Assembly (NCBI GenBank): GCA_051530055.1
Contig: CM121342.1
Coordinates: 3,223,489-3,287,488 of the forward strand
From: Neoechinorhynchus agilis
Taxonomy: Eukaryota > Animalia > Acanthocephala
Direction: 5' to 3'
Length of the DNA stretch: 64,000 nucleotides
Within the stretch, counting starts at the first letter, position 1. Each line of letters begins with the position of its first letter. Position numbers and translations under genes: made by a program. Shown here in pieces: positions 37,420 through 46,920 of this stretch. The notes under the pieces are model-generated. The model did not search any database and was not told the origin of the DNA. It saw only the letters and a program-made list of their open reading frames with translations.

Positions 37420-37616
37420 TTGCATCAGAGAAGTGATATAACCACATAGTCTCCCTCCGGATCCTCAGATACCTCCAGGAGGCGGGACTCATCATTGAGT
37501 TTCCTCCCTTCGGCGGTATTTCGTCCCCTTTGGCTGTGCGTCATTAATGGTAACGGATTCGAACCACTTGACCCCTAATCGGGATCACGGGCATTAGTCC
37601 ACTTGACCACCTCGAC
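37420..37616 (-). mobile_element. tRNA(Leu/Ser-like)-headed SINE, copy A
   Basis: Head GTCGAGGTGGTCAAGTGGACTAA (A box) and GGTTCGAATCC (B box). Body and tail align with the copy at 52570-52750. Confidence 0.85.
37458..37528 (-). ncRNA. Candidate non-circularly permuted hammerhead ribozyme within SINE copy A
   Basis: GGGGAC-GAAA-TACC ... CTCA-aTGATGA-GTCCC ... GGTATC-TGAG gives stems II, III and I plus the core nucleotides. C3 is mutated to A in this copy. Confidence 0.65.
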
Positions 37617-40050
37617 ACAACTACGAAATGTCAAACTCAGCCAGTTTATCGACTCAGGGTGAGCGCTGTTTTCTATTTTAAGTTTTACTGGCAAGCCGGT
37701 TTGTTCTCAAATCATCATTAAATTTAGTTTGCCCCTTCTTGTCCGGCTTATTTTTAGGCATAAACCCAAACCAATTAAATTAGAGAAGTGATATAACCGC
37801 ATAGTCTATAATTTTTTATGAAGATTGGCCAGCCGGTAATTTTATACGGCGGCACTCCATACTCCTTTAAGATACCGCCAATCATCGTTCGATTTACCGA
37901 ATCGAAAGCTCGACGGAAATCAACAAATACCAGCGTCACATCCGTTTGATGAATTCGTGCCTCCTCGAGGATCCTACTCAAAGCCAATATGTGCTCTGTG
38001 GTGCCTCGACCTTTCCTGAAGCCGTTCTGGTCAATTCTTAGAAACGGTTCGGGGATTGGCTGAATTCGGCGTCTCAAAATGCTGCTGAAAAGTTTTGCCG
38101 TGTTGGACATCAAGGATATACCTCTGTATTTCTCCACCTTTGTCGAGCAGCATTTCTTGGGGATCATTGTTAAATGCGCCGTTTGCCAGATTTGAGGTAC
38201 TGAGCCACCATTCATTATGCCATTCATTATCGATATGATTTTTCTGGCAACAGGTTCAAACCTCAGTACCTCTGCCATTATCCCATCTTGGCCTGATGCA
38301 CGTCCCGCACGCATCATTTTCGCCGCAGCGATCGCTTCCTTCACGGAACTCGGTCCAGTGAAGTATGCCTCAGTGCTTGGGACGATTGTGCCTTTTGTAA
38401 GTGCAGGACTCACTTCCAAAGACGATAATGCCGAATTGAGAATTTCCGCAAAATAATTTGTGATTCTCTTTTTTCTGATTTCCGGGGAGGGACCTTCAAT
38501 CAAAGTTGGCTGTCTTTGGGATCTTCCTGTGAGAGTGTTTATCGCTCGCCATGCTAAGGAGGTACGAACAAAACCTTCCTTTTGTGCGATCCCGCGAACT
38601 GCATCCTCTATCGAAGCTTTTTGCTTTCATTATAGAGGTTGGCAAGTTCAAGACTTGCAGTGCGAGCATCATATCGTTTTCCTCTTTTTCTCGGGGTCTT
38701 GATCTGCTCAGCCATTGGCATAAATTCTCAGTCCTCCTGCCATATAACCTTTGCAGCTTTTATACGCCTCATTTTCGGGAGGGTTTTCTCGGACGCTTCG
38801 GTCACTGCGTCGCAGATTGAATCGTAATAAAAATCAATATCCGTTTCAGCAGCTGGCATCGAGCTCAGTTTATTCTCTAGTTCGATATCGAACTCTTTTC
38901 TCTTCTCCTCATTAGCGAGGGCGCCATAGAACGGATTTGGAGGATGCTGAGGCTTACGGAACAACGAGTCACTCATGCCCAACTTACACATCACTAACTT
39001 GTGGTCGGTTAACAGCCCATTAACTGTGAATGTGTCAGCGTTTTTGACTCGATATTTTTTCCCTACGTCTCAACTATATATGGTCAAGCTGAGCTAAGCG
39101 TCTCTTGGGATTTTTTCCCATGGCATGTTTGGACGAATTCTTTTGACCCATAAAAGTCGCCAAACTCCACGGACGCTTCCGGAATAAGGTGTTTGCAGAC
39201 ACGAGATCATGCCGCTCCAGCGCCTCAACTAAGTACCGGCTGTTCCGATTCTCGCCCTTCAACACATATAGCGATCTTTCGTAATGCCGTAAAATCGCGG
39301 GTGTCTCTGTTCGGTACATCATCTAAGGCTTCGGCTAGATTTCCATAAAATGCTTCAACCGCCTCTTCATCCGACGAGGAGGTCGGTGAATATACGCCAA
39401 AAGCATAGAGACTTTTCGACCGAAGCTTTATGCTGACACGAAGGATTCGGTCAGTTATAGTACTGCATAGCGCTGAGTTTCGGAGGCGGGGTTATAAACA
39501 AACGCCTACACCTCCATTTCCTCGACTGTCCGCAGATAGGTAAGATAATGACCAGCCTCCTCCTAAATCCTCGTGATTTACGTCTGTGTCTGACTGGCCT
39601 CTTATGCGCAATTCTTGTAAAAGCACAAAATCCATTGTGGCGTCCCTTGCCAATTTGGCCGGGGTTCCCCTACGCCATTGCGCTCGCAGACTCCTACAAT
39701 TCAAGGATCCGATTCGTAGTCCTCTTCCATTTGAAATAGCTGGGCCAAAGGGCTCACGGCTGTCAGCGCCACCTGAACAGTCCGTACCCACCACGGTGAT
39801 GAGCTTCGACTGACGCTTTCGTTGCCTCCGGCGACAGTTTCGCTCATTTCGACGCTCAAGTCGTCGGCGAGAGCTACGACGCCCTCGCTTTTTCCCGTTG
39901 CACTGGTGGATTTTGTTGCTTCCGTTCGTTGCCGCATCACCAAGTGGAGCGGCACACCGACCCCGCGTACTATCAGTAACTGTCTGGCCGCCGGAGCTGC
40001 TTCTTTTACGTGACCGACAAGAATCAGTACCATCAAGTCCGATCATCGTG

Positions 40051-40470
40051 AAAGAGAGGTAAAATCAATTGGTTTCGTCTTTTTCGAGGTTAAGATTTCA
40101 TCCGCAAAAATGGATAAGATTCGTCGGCTTAATGCTCTACTCGGTAAAGAGCGTTCATTTTTAGTATTGAGGACGTCACGATTTTCAATACGATTCTTCC
40201 GTAGCTCCAAAGAGGAAAAATCAATTCCGTTCGTTTCGTTCTAGGTTAAGATTTCATCCGCAAAAATAGATAAGATTCGTCGGCTTAATGCTCTACTCAG
40301 TAAAGAGCGTTAATTTTTTTAGTATTTATGACGTCACGATTGCCGATACGATTCTTCCGTAGCTCCAAAGAGGAAAAATCAATTGGTTTCGTTTTTTTCA
40401 GTTAAGATTTCATCCGCTAAAAATGGATAAGACTCGTCGGCTTAATGTTTTGCCTGATAAAGAGCGAGAA
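40051..40470 (+). repeat. Tandem triplication (~155-bp unit) containing the DPH1 start region
   Basis: GTTAAGATTTCATCCGC.AAAAAT(G/A)GATAAGA.TCGTCGGCTTAATG at ~40089, 40246 and 40402. The third copy carries the DPH1 ATG. Part of the unit also occurs at 36705-36758. Confidence 0.85.
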
Positions 40471-42530
40471 GTTCTTTTATCGGTCACTAGCTCTTTACCA
40501 TCGAACTACGACTTTGAATTGGAAAAGTCTATATTGAGCATTAGGCGTAATAAATGCAAGAGGGTTGCTATTCAAATGCCCGAAGGACTTATGAGATACG
40601 CTTGCACCATAAGCCTTACGCTAGAATCGTTCACCGATGCCGATGTTATAATCCTCTCAGATGTTACTTACGGCGCTTGTTGTATTGATGATACGACCGC
40701 ACAACTCCTTGGTTGCGACCTTCTTATTCATTATGGACATAGTTGCCTTATTCCGACTTATCAAATGGATTTTGATGGACACGTATTGTATGTTTTTGTC
40801 AGAATTAAAATCGATGCTGAAATTGTAGCTAAATGTCTTTTAAAAGACGCTTTTATAGAAAACGAATTTAAAATCTGCTGCCGTGATTTTGCCTTGCACA
40901 TTTTTACGGAAAAAACAACACAAACTTATCCATTTTTATTTAATTGTTTCCGATACTCGCTAAGCAGGTTATTTGGTTGGAAAATAGCGTAGAATGGTCA
41001 TCAATCTTTTTTTCAACAGGAATGTCTTTAAATTTTGTCTTGAAATGAGCCATGAATCTTGATTGAAATTTCTTTAATTTATTTCATTTTTTGATCGGTT
41101 TTTGTAAAAGTATGCGACAGGTGATTATCGCAAGCTCTGACGAAAAGATTTCGATTTGGTTCTTTAAGACGATCCATAAAGCCTCCGGTTTTTAATTCGC
41201 CTTTAAAAGATATAAAAATGCTTTTGTTTTTCTCGATTTCGAAAACCGAAATTCGATCATCCAGATTATAATAACACGTTTCACGTGTTAATCCGAAAAG
41301 AATAGGACCAATGTCCTCGTAAACACTCGATTTCTGATAGGTTAAATGAATGTTGATTATGGAGTGGATTACGGATCCGATCAAGTGAGAAAGTTGGTGG
41401 TTATTTCTGTGAGGTTGGGTTTTTTCATTTCCGTTGATGGTATGGAAAAATGAATTGGGATTACGAGTGTTTTGTCCGTGTGAAAAGGGAACGACGTTAG
41501 AGTTCCTATTTTTAGAGGCACTGATGATTCCTCCGAACCCATGAAAAATGGCGAATTATTCGTCTTAATTGCTGAGTTTTGCGCAAATAAACACAAACTC
41601 CGATGTTTTCCCGTTGATTAACGGACAAGCACTGCCGCGTTTTAAAAATTGATTCAGTAGAGAACTTATGTAAAGATATTTTTCGTTTAAGATTCTCTCA
41701 ATCGTTGGGTTTCATAAGAGTAAAAAGGTTTGAATTGACTCAAATTCCATACACGGACCAATGAAATATCTGCAAAAGCGCCTTCGTTACAAAACTTCAT
41801 TAAAGGATCAAAACTGGCATTAGTATCAACGGTTCAATTCATCTCGTGCTTACGAGCAGTAAAAGCGCGGTGTAAAGGATCGCTCGACATTATAATTCCA
41901 CAAACGAAGCCTCTATCAAGTGGAGAGATCTTGGGATGCACTGCACCAACCCTCAAAGAACCAGTTGACGCCGTCGTTTGCATAAGCGATGGTCGATTTC
42001 ATCTTGAAGCAATGATGATCGCTAATCCCGGTGTCCCGACCTATCGTTTCGATCCATATTCTCGCAAATTTACTATAGAGCATTACGACAATAAACAAAT
42101 GATCACAACTAGAATGCGCCATATTGAAGTGGCGGAGAATGAAGAGTTTTGGATATTAGTAGTGAGTCTTTTGGGCCGGCAAGGATCAACGCGATTAGTG
42201 GACACTGTAGCCAATGCTCTTTGTCAAAAATCGAAAAAACATATTAAAGTAGCAATGTCTGAACTTAATCCAAACATTCTACAGAAACTTTTCCAAAGTC
42301 GAGTATTCGTACACGTATCCTGCCCACGTCTATCGACTGATTGGTGCTCACAAAATTCCGATACGGTCTTTCTTAATGCTTTCGAAGCTTTGGTGGCTCT
42401 TGGGAAGGCTTCGTGTGACGGTATAAACTATCCAATGCAATATTATTCCCGGACAAGTGAGCAGCCTTACAATGTAAACGCTCATTTGGAAGATAAAATA
42501 AAAAAGGAGTGCCAGTATTGTTTAGTTTAA
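40423..42530 (+). CDS. DPH1: Diphthamide biosynthesis protein 1 (one ~940-nt intron, ~40835-41778)
   Basis: LPSNYDFELEKSI, VAIQMPEGL, DVTYGACCIDD, HYGHSCL, LALVSTVQF, PLSSGEILGCTAP, DGRFHLEAMMIANP, LGRQGS and SCPRLSTDW. The three Fe-S Cys motifs are present. Confidence 0.95.
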
Positions 42531-42874
42531 TCTGAACTTTTTCTAGTAGTCCTCTATAGCATAGTTTTATAACGTTGGAAATTCAGCAATTCCCGGCATT
42601 CAGATTGCAGCGAAAAATCGAAAGTGTGCAAATGGATTTTTTATCAACAATAACACGACCAATTTTGCTTTTTAAGAAATCGTTTCCCTCGCATTTTAAG
42701 AACTTTGATATTTGTAGTCTAACTTTAAGAAGTGGATAAATCACAACATTGGATTTTTGGGTTATATGAAAAAAATCTCGTATTCGAATCGTGCCCAGTC
42801 CCACACATATATAAGATGCCTTAGTCCTTTGGGTGATTCGGTCATTTGGATCAAAATGTGGCAAGAATTTGACA

Positions 42875-42925
42875 GCCGGATGCCCTTCCTGCCGATGAAC
42901 CTTCCACCTTTTTGGGCGGAATTAG
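42875..42925 (-). mobile_element. Short fragment resembling the RTE 5' UTR
   Basis: GCCGGATGCCCTTCCTGCC is the reverse complement of the AAGGGCATCCGGC motif at ~34132. Confidence 0.4.
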
Positions 42926-43149
42926 ATTTGCGTTTGCTATAAATAAAATTTCTTTGCTTTTTAATTTTGCAATAGTCACATAGATTATAAAATGCATGAA
43001 TAATGCTAGCTGCCAGAAATTTCCAAAAGGTCCACAGACTAGGATTCCGCCCCTTAGATTAACTACTAAATGAAACATTTTGTGGTGCTTATCACGACTT
43101 GCCATTATTTTATTTCGTGAACATCCCTTACATGGCTAATTATCTCTCT

Positions 43150-43260
43150 GGGCACACAGCCCATCGATCTCAGTCAGTGAAGCGCATGAAATAACTTCAG
43201 ACCCCGAACCATACGATTATGAGTTTGAACGCATCCCTCCGGATCCTCAGATACCTCAAC
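43150..43260 (-). mobile_element. Copy of the hammerhead-associated SINE-like family (subfamily 2)
   Basis: GAGGTATCTGAGGATCCGGAGGGATGCG..ATGGTTC..AGATCGATGGGCTGTGTGCCCA on the minus strand. Confidence 0.65.
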
Positions 43261-43767
43261 CCCCTCCACAATTTTCTTCTTTCATCCCTAAATACTCTAC
43301 CTTCGTAAACACCCGTGATCCCAACCTTTTTCATTCCCCCCTCGCTCGTACCACCCTCTACCAAAAATCTTTCTTTTCCCAAACCCAATCTTTCCTTAAT
43401 AACCGGAGAACAAGGAGAGACTCCTAATCGGTCATCTCCTTTACAAAGCCTCCGATCGCACATTAATACCCCTTCAAAAACAAGTCCCACCTCCCTTGCC
43501 TTCAACATCCGTCATCCAGACACCGTTTAGCAAAGATAGATGCTAGCAAGTGTGTGGATCCTGCATTTTTTACATAAATAAAACGTGTTTATAATACCTC
43601 CTGTGGCTGCGAAACTCATCTCTTTGGTTATTAGCCATCGGCATTTGTGGATTATGTGGGCCCTTTTAAAACCCTAAAACAGGGATTCTGGACTAAAGTT
43701 AACTAGACCATCTCGAAACAACTACGGAATGTACAAACTTCATCCAATTTTAATCTGCGCCAATTAT

Positions 43768-43980
43768 TCAATTATTTTTATCTTATGTCTGGGTAGCCGG
43801 TTAATTTTTTTATTAAGTGTTGAATTAAACATCCTTTATATTGCTGATTTAATTCACTTCTCTTATCCAAGACATCGTTTGGCTGTGTTCCCAAGTAATC
43901 AGCCGTGTAATGATGGTGATTTCAAAACTTAATAAAGAAAATTAACCGGCCAGCCATACTTAAAGATAAAAATAATTCAA
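43768..43980. mobile_element. Fold-back MITE-like element
   Basis: AATTATTTTTATCTT..GGGTAGCCGGTTAATTTTTTTATTAAG is inverted with CTTAATAAAGAAAATTAACCGGCCAGCC..AAGATAAAAATAATT. Confidence 0.75.
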
Positions 43981-44016
43981 ATTAAAATATTTAAATTTTT
44001 TAAGAAGACTTCAAAT

Positions 44017-44523
44017 TCAGCGGATAATAATGGCATGACCATTGGGTAATCCTTCATGATGCTGCATTATTATTTCTTGGCCATTATCCTGACGCTGTCT
44101 GTATCGGTAAATTAAATTGTCCAAAAACTCAATCGAAGCCCTAATCATAGCCATCAACATTCCGATAGCTATTGGAGCGTAGGGGGTCTTGTATTCAGTA
44201 TTTGAACTGATCATCACATGAATCGCAAAAACGATCATACACTGTGAAAGATAAATTGTTGTCACTTGTATAATTTGAGCCTTCTTGTAGGCAACAAATA
44301 TTCCAGTTCGAATACTTGAGAGGATTATTGTCATGACCATTGGAATACAGAAGGATTTGAACATGAAAAAGTTTTCTTCGCTAGAAGGTTTCGGATTCGT
44401 ACGTAAAGTAAATGTCCCATTCAATGATAGAAACACCAGCACAATACCAAAGAATATCAATATTTGCAATAAAGTCATAGCTATTAGATGCGATTGTCTA
44501 AGATAGCGCAGTGCATTGGCCAT
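44017..44523 (-). CDS. Orphan multi-pass (~4 TM) membrane protein, intronless
   Basis: 168-aa ORF with four hydrophobic segments and a polar tail. No family recognised. Confidence 0.65.
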   Translation of the reverse strand: MANALRYLRQSHLIAMTLLQILIFFGIVLVFLSLNGTFTLRTNPKPSSEENFFMFKSFCIPMVMTIILSSIRTGIFVAYKKAQIIQVTTIYLSQCMIVFAIHVMISSNTEYKTPYAPIAIGMLMAMIRASIEFLDNLIYRYRQRQDNGQEIIMQHHEGLPNGHAIIIR

Positions 44524-44804
44524 GTGAAGAAAGATCTTGAAGACGGTTGAGACGATTCCAAAGTTTCGTGTTTTTTAAAGTCTAGTTGTCGAATCAAACG
44601 CTTTTGTTTTAATGTACTTGTCATAAGGGCCTTATCTTTTTGTGACAAGCAGCGATATTAGTTAACCTTTTCAAAACTGCATCTTAGAGGTGTACAAGTG
44701 CGCATGATCTTATATCGAACACAAACGATCTTTTCTAAAATTCACTTATTAATTTATAATCATCTTCAGTTAAGGCAAGTTTTCGAGTTGCGGCCTAAAA
44801 TATT

Positions 44805-45130
44805 TCACGGTCGCTCCGCAACGGCAGCGATGGGATGTTCACATCGGTACCCCAAGGAGAAAAATGTACCGGGAAAAGCGATCGAGACCTCCACCAATCG
44901 AGTTCGGATTAAAGAGTTATGAATTCTGGCTACCAGAAGTGAGTCCCAAACTGATTGTTTGCTACGATTGACTGGTATCTGCCCGTTACCGGAATATTCA
45001 CACCAAAGGTTAAGCGCCTCCACGAAATATTCATCCAAAGTGAAATTCTCGCCAAGAAAAGACTGAACTATTTCGCGGCTTGCTTCATACGATCTTCGGT
45101 ACCCGAACCGCCGGAATACTAGTAAATTTA
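44805..45130 (-). mobile_element. Possible CRE-like retrotransposon fragment
   Basis: ALNLWCEYSG..SKQSVWDSLL resembles the post-RT region of the element at 60832-61161 (HAQWTSVFG..NSQERWTALL). Confidence 0.45.
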
Positions 45131-45169
45131 TTGTATTATCATTTGGCCTTAAATTAAATTGCATTTAAT

Positions 45170-45385
45170 AAATTTTAGTTTATTGATAGTTGCAACCTTA
45201 TTAACCTTCCCGATGACTGATTTATTTGTACGAATTTTCGTCTGTATGCAAACCTCTTCAGGTCACATATTTAAAAACTTACAAACAATACCTGAAGAGG
45301 TCTGCACGCAGACGAAAATTCGTACAAATAAATCAGTCATCGGGGAGGTTAATAAAGTTGCAATTATCAATAAATTGGAATTTTC
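45170..45385. mobile_element. Fold-back MITE-like element
   Basis: ~90-bp arms TTGCAAC.TTATTAACC.CCCGATGACTGATTTATTTGTACGAATTTTCGTCTG..ACCTCTTCAGG and its reverse complement. Confidence 0.9.
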
Positions 45386-46920
45386 CCCGATTGAAATCTA
45401 AGACACAATAAATTTTAGCGAATATAATAACATGTTTATTTCTTAACGTACCTTTGAATCCTCATAAAAAGATTTGAGTTCTGATTTGTTCATTCAATTG
45501 GGTTGTTGATTTCGGAGTGGATTACGGTTTCGGTTGGGGAAAATCCGGCCGAGAGGGGAGTCCGCTCTTTTGGGAGTATCCGGTCGGGCGATGTCGGTTC
45601 GAGTGAGGGGGATATCCGTCCGGGTTGGAGTTTCGGGTGGGGATTAGCGGTTATTGTTTGTTGGGTAGTTTGTGAGGTTGGGTTTTCCTCCGGTTCATTT
45701 TGGGTGATGATATCCGAGAAGATTGGGCAGAAGGTCGTCGTGGCATTACTCTTTAAAATATCATCATATTAAGGATAAATAATAAAATATGCATACCTAT
45801 GAAACATTACTATCATTTTTGCTGCCGTCTTGCATTTTTCTCATTAATTTTTTTTCGTTAAATTAACAAGAGAACAAGGCTATAGCGTTTAAACAAAAGC
45901 TCGTCTTCACAAGGAGAAAATCATGCACGATTTTACAAATTTGTACTGGTCAGTTCTCTTTTCTATTTCGACACATATAATTGGTAAATCAAGAAAGTCG
46001 GAGAGGAATTTATATCGTGCATCGCGGATGTTCAATTCAAACAACTACAAAGATTTTATATTGCTGGGAAAAGAGTATTCGCATCAAAGAATTAAAAATT
46101 ATCCAATGTTAAGCTAGTGGTCCATTCTTTTAATTTACTAACAAATTCAACAAGTGGCTCATGAACTTTTATACTTCCAATTCAGATGATCAACGCTCCC
46201 ATTCATGGGCGCTGGCCAAAATGCTGGCCGCGTTATATTGAGATGTCGAACTTTGATAGGCGAAACTATCGAAATCAGAGTTTAGATAGACAATATCAAT
46301 CTAAAGACATCAGTGGCGATAATAGCTCACTTGAAACTCACGTTTTTATTGTCTCATGATTATCATCAGCTCATCAAGGTGTTTACTTACGGATATATTT
46401 TGTTTTTAACTAACTTCGACTAAAAAGTTGTAATCTCGCAGTAAATTTAATACAAACAGCATCCCAATACAAGCTAAGTATAAATAACTTAGATGAAAGC
46501 TAAAAAAATCATGGGCAGCAAAACAATATTGCTGATTTAAGACATGATTTTGAAGAAAATATCATTAATATAATAAATTAGAATGAAAATTTATTTCTGC
46601 AATCGGCATTCGTTCTTTATTGTTATGGAATTATTTCGAGTTAGGATTTTTTGATTTTGAAGAGGATTGGTCACCGTTCGTTCGATAGAAGAAGGTCCCT
46701 TGCAGAGATTATAAACTTTTGCGGTAATCTAAATATCTTGCGCTAGACTTTTTGAGCAAAAATCCAAGAAACTATCAAGGTTGAAAAACCCATCAAACAA
46801 AAACATCACATTCAAAAGCGACCACAAACACACAAATAATTTACTAGTGTTTATCCCGTGTTTGTTAACCCTTCCATATAGTATAGATCTATACTTCTGA
46901 ATAGTACAATACAATATACA

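Larger units (their letters stand above)
36759..40050 (-). mobile_element. Second RTE-like LINE, near full span but decayed; RT core replaced by a SINE/MITE cassette
   Basis: GLRIGSLNCRSL, FVLLQELRIRG, LVSANTLFRK, QLDHI, ASGQDGI, YRGISLMS, QNGFRKGRGT, FVDFRRAFDSV, YLG, YYNAETWTL and WSDKVTNKALY. Short-repeat tail CATACAACAATACAACAAA. AAAG on both flanks. Confidence 0.9.

Noticed and set aside
37545-37616. Possible tRNA-Leu/Ser gene
   Set aside because: It has A and B boxes, but the 3' acceptor strand does not pair with GTCGAGG and no anticodon stem forms. It continues into a repeated body, so it is treated as a SINE head.
16965-41530. Other CTGATGA motifs (FAK and BRCA1 exons, DPH1 intron) as hammerhead cores
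   Set aside because: No matching stem II, GAAA or UH strand pairings were found nearby, and most lie in protein-coding exons.
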